64,000 nucleotides of DNA, taken from assembly GCA_026936335.1 (NCBI GenBank), contig JAPMXV010000049.1, positions 1 to 64,000 on the forward strand. The letters run 5' to 3'. How positions within the stretch are numbered: position 1 is the first letter of the stretch; each line of letters opens with the position of its first letter. Of this stretch, positions 46,537 to 59,800 are shown one piece after another. Source of the stretch: Mantamonas sphyraenae STR306 (Eukaryota; Protista; CRuMs). The notes under the pieces are model-generated. The model was not told the DNA's origin. It made no database searches and worked only from the letters and a program-made list of their open reading frames with translations. The position numbers and the translations under genes are program-made.

Positions 46537-49500
46537 TCATCCCTCGGAAAACTCCTCGCTCGCCAGCGCCTCCAGCACATCGACCTCGCCCTTGGCCATG
46601 CGCTTGAGGTATGCACTGGTGGCAGGTCCCGTCTCCTCGACCATGGACAGAAACAAACTCTTGGGATTCTCCAGCAGCTCGGCCGGCGAGCCAAACTCGC
46701 CCACACGGCCCTTGTCCATCACCAGCACACGGTCCGAGTCCATGATGGTGTTCAAACGATGGGCAATCGTCAACACAGTGCACTCTGCAAACTCCCGTCG
46801 GATGGTCTCTTGGATCATGTGGTCTGTCTCGTTGTCCACCGCTGCCGTCGCTTCGTCCAGCACAAGCACACGTGCACGCTTCAGCAGCGCACGTGCAAGG
46901 CACATCAGCTGGCGCTGGCCCACCGAAAAGTTCTCTCCGTTTTCCACAACCTCGCTCTCCAGCATGTCCGGCAGATCTCGCACCGCAGCGTGCAGATGCG
47001 CACCCTCCAGCGCCTGCCAAAGCTGGTCGTCGCTGTACTGATGAAACGGGTCCAGGTTGCTCCTCACCGTGCCTGTGAACAGCACCGGATCCTGTGGGAT
47101 GATGGCCAGTTTCGAACGCAGATCCTGCAGGCCAATCTGGCTGATGTCCACCCCGTCAATCTCGATGCTGCCTTGACGCAGCTCCGTCATGCGGAACAGT
47201 GCCACAATCAGCGACGACTTGCCTGCTCCTGTGCGTCCCACAATGCCCACCTTTTCCTGGGCACAAATGTCCAGGCTCACGCCACGCAGCACGTCGTGCA
47301 GCTCGTCCCGGTAGCGCATAAACACGTTCTTCAGCTGCACGCGTCCCTGTGCAGGCCACGACTGCTCCGGTCGGTTGTCCTTCACAATCAGTGCTGCCTC
47401 TTCGGGCATGGTGCTGTACGCCTGCACGCGTTCCACCGCGTTCAAGCGCATTTCGAGCTCAGCGACGTTGCGAACGGTCATTTTCAGAGCCGTGCTCGAA
47501 GACAACGCGTACGTGATGGCCAGACCTGCCATCGATGCAGAGACATTGCCCACGGCCAACACCGCAAACAGAGCCGCAAAGAACACAATGCCGTTTGCGA
47601 TCAGCTCCAACCGCAGGCTCATCCAGCGATTGAATTGCTTCAGGCTCCAGAAGGGATGCACGTTCATGTCCAGACGCTCAAAGTGCTCTTTCTCAAACTG
47701 CGGCACACGAGCGAATGCCCGCACTGTCACGAGGCCGCTCAGCGTCTCGGAAAAGTGGATGAAGATGGGAGACCTCGTTGTTGATTCGAGGCGCTTCAGC
47801 TCGCGCGATGTGCATCTCATGCGCTTTTGCATCAGGTGGTATGCGTACGCAAAGCCCGTCAACGGGATCAGGAACAGCGGTGTCACGCCTGCAATGAGCG
47901 CCGCCGTGGACAGGAGAGTGAGGCACGTTGCCAAGAACTTGGACAACGACGGCATGATGGTGTTGTCCACATCATCCATGTCCTTGGAGAAGCGATTCAG
48001 AATGCGTCCGATGGGCGTGACGTCAAAGAACATCACCGGCGCGCGCATCACGTTGTTCATCAGCATGTTGTGCAGCTTGGTCGACGCGCGGATGCCCGCA
48101 TAGTTGATCACATAGCCACGCGCAAGCATCACCAGACTCACCAACACTGTCAAGCCAAGGTAAACCTCGATGTACGACACCGTCTGTGCATCCGTCGCGT
48201 CTGTGTCCGCTGCCCAGATCGCAAGCCACAGGTTGATCCCGATCCCGCCCGCCTCTCCACCCACCATCAGCAGCACAATCACAATCCATGTCAACACAGA
48301 CCCTGCACTCGCCATGTAGTCTAGGTACACGCGCAGCTTCACAGAACCCGTTTCACGCTCCTCCTCCTGCACCAGCTCGCCCTGCTTCGCCTTGTCCTCC
48401 GCCTCGTCCTCGCCTGCAATTCCGCTGCGATCTGCCGTCTTGCTGTTGGACAAACTGCGTTCGCCTGCCGTATCGCTTGTGACGCTGTCCGACGTCTTGA
48501 CACGCACCGTCAGCTTGGCTGCGCCCGCGCCTGCTCCTGGAGGCACAGCCACAGGTTCGGTTGCCGCAGCCGCCGCATCCACGTCTCCGTCTGCTGCCTC
48601 GCTTTGGTCCGTTTCCGCTGCACTCTCGTCCTCCAGCAGCGAGCCAAGATCCATCCCTGTGGCCAGCAGCTCCTCGTACGTGCCCTGCGCGAGCTGCGAC
48701 CCTCCCTCGTCCATCGCCAGGATCACATCGGCACTTTCCAGGTACTGCAATTGGTGGGTCACCAGCACCCGTGTCTTGTTTGCCAGCACCCCGTTGATGC
48801 ACGCGTTGAAGATATGCTTGCCCACATGCGCGTCCACAGCACTCAGAGGGTCGTCCAACAGGTAGATCTGCGCATCGGCATACACAGCACGCGCAATCGA
48901 CACCCTCTGCTTCTGTCCGCCGCTCAGGTTGATGCCACGCTCTCCAATCTCCGTCATGTCGCCCGCAGGCAGCATGTCCAGGTCGGCCGTCAGTGCACAC
49001 GACTCCACCACGCTGCGGTACCGTTCCTCGTCGTATGCGTTTCCAAACAGGATGTTGTCTCGCACCGTGGCGTTCTGGATCCACGCCTGCTGGCTCACGT
49101 ACGCCACGCTTCCGCGCACGCTGATGTTTCCCTTCACCATCGGGATTTCGCCCAGGATGCCCGCCAGCAGCGACGACTTGCCACAGCCCACACGGCCAAT
49201 CACCATGGCCAGCTGGCCTGCGTCCACAGACAGACTCAGGTCGACCACTGCTGGGCCGCGCTTGCTCGTCTCGCTGTCCTCCGTGTCGTCGTCCTCCACG
49301 TCCTCCACGTCATCGTCCGACTCGTCTTCTTCCTCCATTTCCTCCCCGTTGCTGTGCTCGCCTTCTCCCTGGCCCTTGGCTGCCTTTTTCGCGGCCTTCT
49401 TCTCCGCCTTGGCCTTCTTCTTTTCTGCTTTCGTACGCAGATCCAACGCCTGGGCCTGATTCCAGTCCAGGGTAACGTTGTCCACAAGGATCCCCGTGGT

Positions 49501-50841
49501 GTCATCCTTGACATGTGCGGTGTAATCCACGCGGTTTTGCATGTCCTCACTGTCCAGATAGGCGGCCAGACGCACAGCCGACACGCGTGCCGACTGCAGC
49601 TCGTCCATCACCATTGGCAGCGCGTACAACGGGTAGCGCAACAGCGAAAACAGAGCCAACGAAGTGAACACCACCTCGGGCGTCAGCTCGTTGCCCAGTG
49701 CAGCAAACACGGCAAACGAGCCAGCGGATCCCAACAACGGCGCAGCTTTTGTCACGATTGAAAGCAACGTGAGAAGGTTGACGCGACGTCGAAGCACCAA
49801 CAGCTCGGCAGCACGCACACCAAAGATGCGCTCCAGAAAGTCCTGTTCCCAGGCGTAATATTTGATCACGCGGATGCCTTGCAGCACTTCGTTGACGCAT
49901 CGAATCCGCTCATCCGTCCGCTCCCGGTTCTTCTTGTGCAGCCTCCCCACAATGGACATACATCTCACATTCACAATCATGGATCCCACCAGGAGAGCCA
50001 CGCCAATGAGCGCAGCGGGCCCGAGGAAATCCAGCAAAAGAACCAAAATCACAAACACCCGCACAGGCAGACTCCACAGCTCATGGGCTGACATCAGAAA
50101 CACAGACACACGCTGGGCATCGGTTGACATCAAATTGACCACCGTGCCAACTGTTGTGCCTCCACGCGAACGTGCACTGAGCCGCAGTGCCTTGCGAAAC
50201 ACGGCAGCCATCAACGCAGCTCGCATCTTCATGTTCAGGCCCGCCAAGTTGAACACATAGTTGTTGATGACCAGAGAGTTGACCATGCCCGCAAGAAAGA
50301 ACAGCACAGGGAAGAGAAGCCCCACCCAGAGCGACCCGGGACTCTGGAGCCAGACGATCAAGGCGTGCAAGATGTAAGGCGTCACGATCTGCGTGGCCGC
50401 GTTGACAACCTCCTCCACCGCTGTCCAGCGCATCTGCGAGCCCCACACAAGAATGAAGGCAGTGGCGATCTTCCTGTTTCTCGAGTCAGCAGCTGAAAAC
50501 CTCGAGCATCTCTCGAGCTCTCCTCCCCCTTTTTTGTGCTCACACACACACACACCTTGACCCACGCAGGTCGCTGCATCGCTCCCACGCATCACTAAAC
50601 AGCGTGGCAGAACACCTCGACGTCTCTGAAGACAGAAGCACAGGCAGATCGCCGTGCGTCGGCACACGTCGCAGGGCGATGTCTATCAAATCGCTCACGT
50701 GCCCATAAGTCCAACGGTGCAGCAGCTTCCGCTGTTCAGGACGACGACGACGATATCGATGTGGTCCATTCCCCTCCTCTTCTGCCACGGGTCGAGAAGC
50801 AAGCAATTGAACCTGGTCGCGCTTCGTTTGCAGAATTCCAT
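46537..50841 (-). CDS. ABCC/MRP transporter, short form, tandem paralogue (intron 50561-50474; start uncertain)
   Basis: GRVGCGKS, LSGGQKQRV, GRTGAGKS, FSVGQRQL. The N-terminal lasso-like exon LLHRWTYGHVSDLI..DLPVL is spliced in frame. ATG 50841 needs one extra G to be in frame. Confidence 0.92.
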
Positions 50842-50894
50842 TTCGCCTGCTTCCCCCGGCGCTAGCGCACCGGCAACCTCTCCACTCTCACCCC

Positions 50895-53800
50895 TCACCC
50901 AAACAACGTCGTGCCTGCAGGACTCTCCCACTCGTCTTCCTGGCTCCACAGCGCGTCTACATCTACATGCGTGTCCACGGCCTGTGCCAACACACTGGTC
51001 ACGTGCTCCGTACTCAACGCCTTGTCTGCAGCTGCAATCAAGCGTGCCTGGATCTCCTCGCTGCTTTCGGTCGGCTGCGGCTCCGGTTCGGGCGTTTCGT
51101 TGTCGTCGCTCTTGTTCTTCTCACCGTGCAGCTCCTCTGGGGCTGCCACGACTTGCGGAACACCTTCCAGCGCACCCACGCGCTCGTCGTCACCCGAAGC
51201 ATCGCTGTGGCCATCGTCTTCGCTCGGTTGCTTGCCCAGCGGCCTCTGCCCGTGCACGTTGATAGACCCTTGCTCCTCCACCAGATCCCCGCGCGAGCGC
51301 AACGGATCCAACACAGGGCGCGGCGCAACCATATCCGCCTCTTCGCCCACAGGATGCTCGGGCTGTGCTTCCGGTTCTTCCACAACGAGCCCAGTATGCT
51401 CTCCCTCTGCGGCGTCTCCCTCCTCGTCATCTTCCACAGGCGCCGGCTGCGACTCCCGCAATCCTTCAGCCTCGTCCTCTTCGTCCTCCCCGGGTACAGG
51501 CACCTCCTCCACTTCGCCTCCCAGCGCAGGAATCGCAGGGATCGCTCCTTGCGACTGTTTGTGCTCGCTCTCGAGCGCCTCCATCTTGTCGCTGCGCATG
51601 CCTCGCGACGCACCCACGCTTTCCTCCTCTTTGTCCTCGGGGCCCACGATGTGCATTGTTGGCAGTGCGGTTGCGTTGAATGTGTTGCCAAACAGGTGCA
51701 GCTTGCGCTTCCCACCTGCACGTCCTGCCTCGGCCTCGTCTGCGGCCTCGTCATCGGCGTTTGTGCCGCGCAGCTGACGCTCACGCTCGTGCTCCTCTTC
51801 GAGGCTTCGCCACACACGTCGCCACGCCGTGATGAAGCCAATCATGATCGGCTCATACACCAGTATAGACACCAGGAACGCGGCCCATACGTTCGCAAAC
51901 CAGCCCGTCAGACTCATGCTCTCGTTCCAGCATCGCGAGTACCACATCACCATAAAAGCAGATACGCCCATGCACAGATACGCAAGGAAAAGGGCCAGCT
52001 CGCGCATGTAGAACGGAAACCACGGCCGCGACATCAGCAGCACCCACGAACGATCTCGCTGGTGCTCTTCCTCCTGCACTTCCGGCGTGGGCGATCGCTT
52101 GCGCTTCACCAGCAGCAGTGTAAACAGCCAGCTGGCTGCCACTCCGAAGCACGCACTCTTGAACGCGCTCGACACGCTGAACGAGCTCAGCGCGTCCTCG
52201 TTAAACATGAATGTCTCCGCTGCCATGATCACAAACACGGCCACAACAAGCCTGTGCTCGCGCTGAAGCTCGGTGAACATGTCACCCACGCGCGCTTGAG
52301 ACGATCGCAACACTGAGAACACCATGTGATGGTAGCGCCATGCCATGCGGTACTCCTGCCACAGCGACACTCCGCCGCCTCTAGCGCCCCCAGCCATGGG
52401 TCCACTCTTCTTGGCGCCCTTGCGCTCCTGCACGGCCTCGGGGACAACCACGTTGTTCGACGAGCGCATCCACAGCACAAACGCAGCCAGAACGTGCACC
52501 GCAAACATGCCCACAATGGTCATGGTCGGCACAGACCACGTCTCTTCCTCACAACCACCAAACACAGGCAGCGTCAAACCACGCAGATCGTCAAACTTCA
52601 CCGCGCCTTCGGCGCTCGGCGTGAGCCGCACCGCAAACGCAGTCAAGTGGTTGCATTCGCACACAACCGCATCGCTCGACGTGCTACCAGTTGTGCATCC
52701 GCTCTTGCTCCACGCCTGCGTATTTGTGTTCCAAAACTCGCAGCTGGCCGTGGATGTGTTGGCTCCACTCAGCCCGCTGAATCGGATCTGCACCGGATTC
52801 AGCAACGAGCTGATGTCCAGCGCGGTGCCATCGAGGCCACGCAGCGTCAGATCCGAAACGTTGCCTGAAATCCCTGTGCTCGAGACCCCAGCAACCCATT
52901 GGTAAGGGTTTGCCGCCCACACCGCCATTTGCGAATCCAAACACGTTGGCTGGCTCGTCAGCTGGTCCAGCACAGACGCAGGCAGCGTAAACTGCGCGGA
53001 CGCACCCACAGCACGTGTGCTCGCCGACACTTGGTTGCGCAGCGCACGTTGGCTGGACACACTCACCGCGCTGCCCACAATGTTGCTTGGCGATTCTCCG
53101 CACGCCTGGCGTGAGGACAGAAGTGCCAGCACGTCATTGGCCACAACCAGCAGCCGTTGGTGCGCTACCGCCGCTGTTGTTGCTCCGGCCGCATCCCAGT
53201 CGCTACGTCCTGCTGCTGCATCGGCTGCTTGCATCACAGCCACCATTGCGTCCAAGTCCGCCTGGGCACGCGTCGAGCTGTCCAAGTTCTGCGTCAGCTT
53301 CCACAGCGCTTCCACAGCCACGCTGCTACTGTTCACCTGGATTTCGGAACTCCTTGCCAGAAGCAGCGAAATCAGACGTGCGTTTGCAGTCAGCCCCTGT
53401 GCAAAGTCCGCACGCGTCACGCCCAGGCACGCGCTCGCCAGCGCCTCCACCACGCTTGCGCGTTCGCTTTGACGAGCCGCCAACGTACTGTTGCCCAGGC
53501 CACCCGCGTTCCAACTGCTTGCCAGCGCCAGAGCAACCTCCACTGCGCCCCGACAATCTCCCACACGAGCGAGTGCACTCACTGTGCTGCTGCTTGTGCT
53601 GCTTACACTGCTGATGTTGAATCCAATGCTCACCAGCGATCGCGAACGCGCGCCCGTCGTCGCGTCGTACACGTACGCACTCATGTGAGTAGCCTCTGCG
53701 GGCACCACAAACGATCCACCTGCAACAGCTGTGCGCTCGCTCAACGGCACCTCTACGCCTCCACTCAGCACATATCCGTATGCGTACTGCAACGTCGTCC

Positions 53801-56800
53801 CCACCCACGCCAAACTCTGCATCTTGACCCGCCCTGCGGCTGCGTCCCAGCTCACCGTGTGCGTGCCCGACAGCGGAGCAACCTCCACCATCAGCGTCAC
53901 GTTGGCATATCCAGATACAAAGTTGCCGTTGGTGGCAATGGCTTGCAACACGTACGTGCGTCCCACTGCCAGCTGGTTGGCGTTGATTACAAGCGCCGCG
54001 TTGCTCGTGCCACTGGAAAACAGACCCGTGCTGCTCATGTCCAATGCACTGCTCAACGACACCCAGTTCCACGTCACGACCTCATTCGCACTTGCTTCCA
54101 GCACCACACGCTCATGCGCAAGCACACGCGCACTGCGTCTGCTCACGCTCACCTGCGGCACGGTGGCGGCCACAACTTGCAGTTGCACGCGACTCGTCGC
54201 ACGCCCGTCCACCGTCAGCACAACCTCGTGTGTGCTGCCTGCCGCCAGTGTGTTGGCCGCAATCGTCTTTGTCACCTCGTTGCTCGTCGTGTTCAGTTGC
54301 ACGCCGCAAGTTGCACAGCTCCACACAAATGTGCTGCCCACACTCTTGCTTCCGTCCAGAACCACAGCTTGGCTGCGGCTCACCACACGGTCGCCGCCGT
54401 CCACAAATGCAAATGATTCATCCGCAACCACGGTCACGTTGAAATCCAGCGTCGCATTCACGCTGGCATCTGCTGATGACCACACGCTCACGCGCAGCAC
54501 GTACCACTCTCCTACACTGTGCCACAGGTTGTTGCCCAGCCACAGGCTGCTTGTAGTGCGCGTCACTGCGTCCAGCGTGAGGGTGCGGTTGCCCGAGGAT
54601 CCCACCTGCGTCCATGCAAACGACAGACCACCTGCTGCGCTGCTGCTTCCGTTCACAGCTGCCAGTGCACAAGCGGGCTGTGACGCTGCCACGCTTACGC
54701 TCAGTCCCTGCGATCGTGCAACAAGGCGCTTTGTGCCGCCGCCAAGTGCGCTCACACGCACCACGTCGCCGCTTGTCTTTGTCAGCGTGTGAGTCGCCAC
54801 AGTGCTGTTGTAGCCGTACACATTGAGCACGCGCAGGCTCAACGTGTGGCTGCCAGTTGTCAGCGCGCCCGTGTTGACCACAAGCACGTCGCTCGTGCTC
54901 GCCTGCACCTCCGAGCCGTCCACGCTCCAGTAGAAGCGCACCGCCGCCTCATTCTCCACCACGGCCTGAACTTGCACTGTGTTGTCGCATGGGCCCACGC
55001 GTGCGGGCGCGACAATACGCACAGCCATGCCGTTGGGCGGACTTGGAAGTGCCACTGTGGCAGAGACCCCCAGCAGACTCGCCGTGGGTGCAGACGCAAG
55101 GCGTACGCCTCCCTCGGCAAACGACACCGTGCTACCAATGGCTACAGTGTGACCTGTGCCAAGCAGCACCCACAGCGTCCGAGCGTCCACAAACACACAC
55201 TGCGGCGAGGTGCCAAACGCAGCCACGCTTGCAAACACCCCACCGCAGCTGCCCACGCCTGTCAATCCCGCGCGGTTGGTGTCCTGCGAAAAGGCAACCA
55301 ACAGCGCTGTCTTGTCGCTTACCAAGCGCACGCTGCTCACGGGCACCTGCTGGCCCACCGTCACTGTCATCAGCACAGGTTGCACAAACGCAGCGAGCGT
55401 CACGTTGTTCACCAGCACGCTCACGTTGTAACTACCACCCACCGTGGGTGTGTACGTCGCCGTGTACTTGCCGTTGCCATTGTCCTGCACGCTCACTGCG
55501 AACGAAACGCCAGTGAGTTCGTTTTGCACACGCGCAGAAAACGAATCGCCGCCCGCGCTCAAAAAGTTGCCAAACGCATCGCGAGCTTGAATCTGAAACG
55601 TCGCCGCCGAGTTGAGGTTCGACGCGGTGAGGCCCGCCCCGTTTGCGTCGGAAGTGAGGGCAGAGACGGCGGCCGGAGTCACCCTCAGCACCTGAGGCGA
55701 ATTGGCCACCTGCGCACCCCCTTGCACACGTGCAATCAGTGCGTAGTCGCCCACCTGCGTCAAGTTGACGTTGCGCGAATAGACACCCGCTGCGCTCGCA
55801 CTGCGCTGCAGCTCAAGCGCTGCACCGCTGGCACCAACCTGCACCGTAAAGACATCTGCAGCCATGGTCGTGACGTCACGTGTGTTGTTAAACTGGTCGC
55901 GAGACGTCACAGAGACGAGCGCCAGCTCGCCCGCGCGTGTGCTGATCGACGCCAGCGCAAACGGCGAGTTGGACGCAACCACAGCGTCCGGCAGCACGGC
56001 AAACGTGTACGGCGACCCCAGCACAGGGTTGTCATTCAGCGAAATCGCAGCTGTGACACTGCTAGCCACTGTGGTGCTGAACGACACCCTGTAATGGCCA
56101 GGCAACCCTGTGTACGTTGCGTTGCGCAGCGTTGTCGCACTTGTGGCTGCCACAGTGAACTGCACGGTAAACACGTCGTCCGTGGATGTTGCGTTGTTCC
56201 CAAACGAATCTCTGGCCTGCACCACAAAAGACGTCTGCTGCCCTGCCACGGTGCCTGCAATCGAGCCGCCGAGCACGCGGGACGTGCTCGCCACAGTCGT
56301 TGTCGCCGCAACAATCGTCACCGTAAACGGACTCCCATCAATATCCAGGCCACCAACACGCACGCGCAGGACATTTTCGCCCAGCACCGTGATGTTGTAC
56401 AGCACCATGTACACGCCGTTGCCCACAGCGTTGACCTCATTCTGTGCAACGACGCTCGGGTTGCTCCAACTCACGGTCGGCACGTCGCCCGTGCCCAACC
56501 GCTGGTTCCCAAACCGATCGCGCATCGTCACATTCACCTGTGCCACAAAGCCGGCCACGGCGTTCACCAACGCGCCCGTCGCCGTGCTATTGACCGCACT
56601 CACCACATCTGGCACCACCGTCAGAGCAAGCGGCGATCCAACAAAGCTCTTGCCGTTCACTTGCACAGGCATGGCATACACCCCTGCGGCTGTCAGCACA
56701 ATGGTCACGTTGATCACGCCTTGTCCCGAGTCCGTGTATGAGGTCACCCCGCTCACAAATGGCGAAGTATAGCCGCTCGCGCCGCCAACCACATTGCCAA

Positions 56801-59800
56801 ACACATCGTACAGTTGGATGGCGCCCGAAACTCCCTGGCCAGCCACAGTCGATGTCAACGGTGCCACCAGCAGTCGCGACAACTCTCCCCCCACGTTGGG
56901 GCTGTGAACCACACTCGCGGTTGCGTTGTGCACCTCGAGACCGCTCACGCGCACTCCCAGGCTATACGTACCCGCCACCGTGGCGTTGTAGGACAGCACA
57001 TATTGCATCTCGGTTGACGAATACGTCACCGCCATCGCCAACGTCTGCGCGCCCGCCACGCTGCCACTCACCACGTCGTTGCCCACCGTGCGGTTGTTGC
57101 CAAACACGTCTCGGGTTTGCACACGCAGCTGCGCAACTTCACCCGCACGCGCGCCAGCCAAACCCGCGCCGTACACGACGCTTGCGCTCGCAAACGTGGC
57201 CGCAGCCTGTACTTGCACCGACAGAGGGGAGCCTTGCAACGCCACGCCGCCCAGAGAGGCTTGCACCGTGTATGTGCCCGCCACAGTCGCGTTCAGCACA
57301 TACGAGACGTTGTCGCTCCGCAGCTGCAGGCTCGACGCGCCCGGACCACTCGACACGCTTACGTCAAACACCGCGCTGCTGACGTTCACAATGTTCCCAA
57401 ACACGTCTGCAGGCGTCACACGCACCACGTTGGCCTCGCCTGCGATCATGGCGCCTCCCTGGCCCACGATCACCTGCGACTGCGCGCTCACTGCGCCCGG
57501 CACAACATTCACCGCAAAAGGGCTCCCTGCAACGTGTGCGCCGTTGATCACCACGCTCACTGCGTTTGCTCCTGCTTGTGTAACGTTGTACGTCGACACG
57601 TACGTGTTGTTTGCCACGTACGCGGCCGTACCCTGCACCACGCCGTTCACAAGCACCTGCAGCACCTCCTGCCCGCTCGTTTGCATGTTGTTGAACCGGT
57701 CGAACACGCGCGTCACAATGCTGTGCGCCGTACCGGCAGAGAACGTGCCTGCCGTCTCGCCCGACGACACGCTGTTTGGTCCAAACCCTGACGCCGCGCT
57801 CACCTGTACGGTTGCAGGCGACCCGCTCACGGGGAATGGGCCATACTGCAGACTCAGCGTGTCCACCGCAAACGCGTCGCTGATCGTAAAAGAAAACAGC
57901 GACTGGTAGAAGCGAAACTTCCACTCTGTGGTCGGTGACAACGTCACCGTGTTGGCTGTAAACGTTGCAGGTCCGCTGTGCAGCAGCTCGTCCACCGTCG
58001 TCCACGTGTCAAACGTAGGCCCAAGTGCTATCTGGAGCTCCAATTTCTCCGGTGCCTCGGGCGTGTTGCACGCGTTGTCGTTGGGGTTCGATCCACGCAG
58101 CCAGTAGAACGACAGCGTGTGCGGCCCCGCTGGCTGTGCTTTGGACCGCAGCACGCGTCCACTCGTGTCCCCAAACGACGACCAAGCATTCGCCCCCGCC
58201 TGCACGCCGCACAGTGTGCTCACCGTCGGGCTGTTCTCAAACATTTCCGCTGCCTCTGCGTTGCTGCCAAACCCGTTGCTCTGCACACTGCTCGAGTTGT
58301 ACAGCACCGTCAGCACGTACGAGCCGGCTACGGTTGCGCCAAACTGCGCACTGAATCGCCCGCCGCCTACGTACGCGACCTGCGCTGCAAGTGTCGCGTT
58401 CGAGTTGACCTGTACAAGGGAAAATGACATCGGGTCGTTGCTGCTGCTCCTGTTGTTGCCAAACGCGTCGCGTGTCTGCACCACCACCGTGTCGTTGTTG
58501 CCTGCGACTGCGCTGGTCAGAAGCGCGCCCGAGAACGTCGTCTTTGATGGGTTCAGCTCCGCTGCAACCACACGCATCGCCAGCGACGCCCCTTGCTGGA
58601 TGACCACGCCGTCAAAGCGCACAGCCACGTCGTACGTGCCTGCCACAGTCGCCTGCACAGCGTACACCTGCTGGCCTAGGCCTGCGGCGTGCACGCTCAG
58701 GTTGGCGCTTGCGCTTGTGCTCGCGCCGCTCAGCGTGATGGAGAAGCGTTCCAACGCGCTCACCGACGTGCGGTTGTTGCCAAACGCGTCTCGTTCCTGC
58801 AGAAAGAGCTGTGTCTGCACGCCAGCCACAACGTCTCGCTCCAGAACTGGACCAAATGCGCTGACCAGCGCCCCGCTTGTGGACGCCTGCGGCGCAACCG
58901 TCAGCGAAAACGGCGAGCCAACGACGTGCACGTTGCCGTACGCCACGCGCACCGCGTACGTGCCTGCCAGCGTCACGTTTAGAACTGCTGCCTGTTGGCC
59001 CGCTCCCAGAAACTGCTGCGACGCCGTCGTGCTCACTGCATCGTTGGCATCGATCTGCAGCGTGTATGCCTGGCTCACCAGATTCCCAAACAGATCCCGC
59101 AGCTGCACCGTGAACGAGGCCCCCTGGCCAGCCACCGTGTTCGCCACCGTCGCTGTGCTGCTCAGCGGCGCATACGGCGCACCTGCGATCACCCGCGTGG
59201 CAAACGGAGATCCGAGGATCTCCACTCCCGACACGCCACGCACACTCAAGCTGTAGTTGCCAACCTGCGTCACGTTGAACACACCGCGGTAAATACCCTG
59301 TGCGCCCGAATACGAAAACGTGACGTTGACGCTGACAGTACCCTGCGACTCTCCCTGCAGCATGCCTGTAAACGCGTCGCCTCCCACCGTGCGGTTGTTG
59401 CCAAATGCGTCCTTTGCTTGCACGTAGATCTCGTCCGCCACTGCGCTCACGCTCACTTCCCTCAACGCAACTCCAAACGCACTGCTCGCTGCGTACGCCA
59501 CTGCTCCGGGCTGCACAGTCACCGCCGACACTGCTGTCGACACGCTCACGCCGTCTAACCTCACACTAGCTGCATACACACCAGAGCGCGTGCCATTAAA
59601 CACGCCCGCCAGCGTCGTCTTGCCGTTCACCGCAACAACCACAGCTCCGGCGTTCTCATTGCCCAACCTGAGTTCAACCAGCACACCGCTCGTCCCCGTT
59701 CCCGTGGCGTTGTTGCCGAATGCGTCCCGAAGTTGCACCGTGTATGATCCCTCGATCCCGGCCACATCTGCGCACAGCCCGTGTCAGCAAACTCCCCAAC

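Noticed and set aside
46530-46545. ATGA overlap at the upstream ABCC stop as coupling to the second ABCC
   Set aside because: That ATG opens a frame different from the downstream ABCC and ends at 46262, showing such overlaps can arise by chance.
50800-50845. Non-AUG start for the upstream ABCC
   Set aside because: ATGG[G]AATTCTG with one restored G gives MGILQTKRDQVQLL in frame; an assembly indel is simpler.
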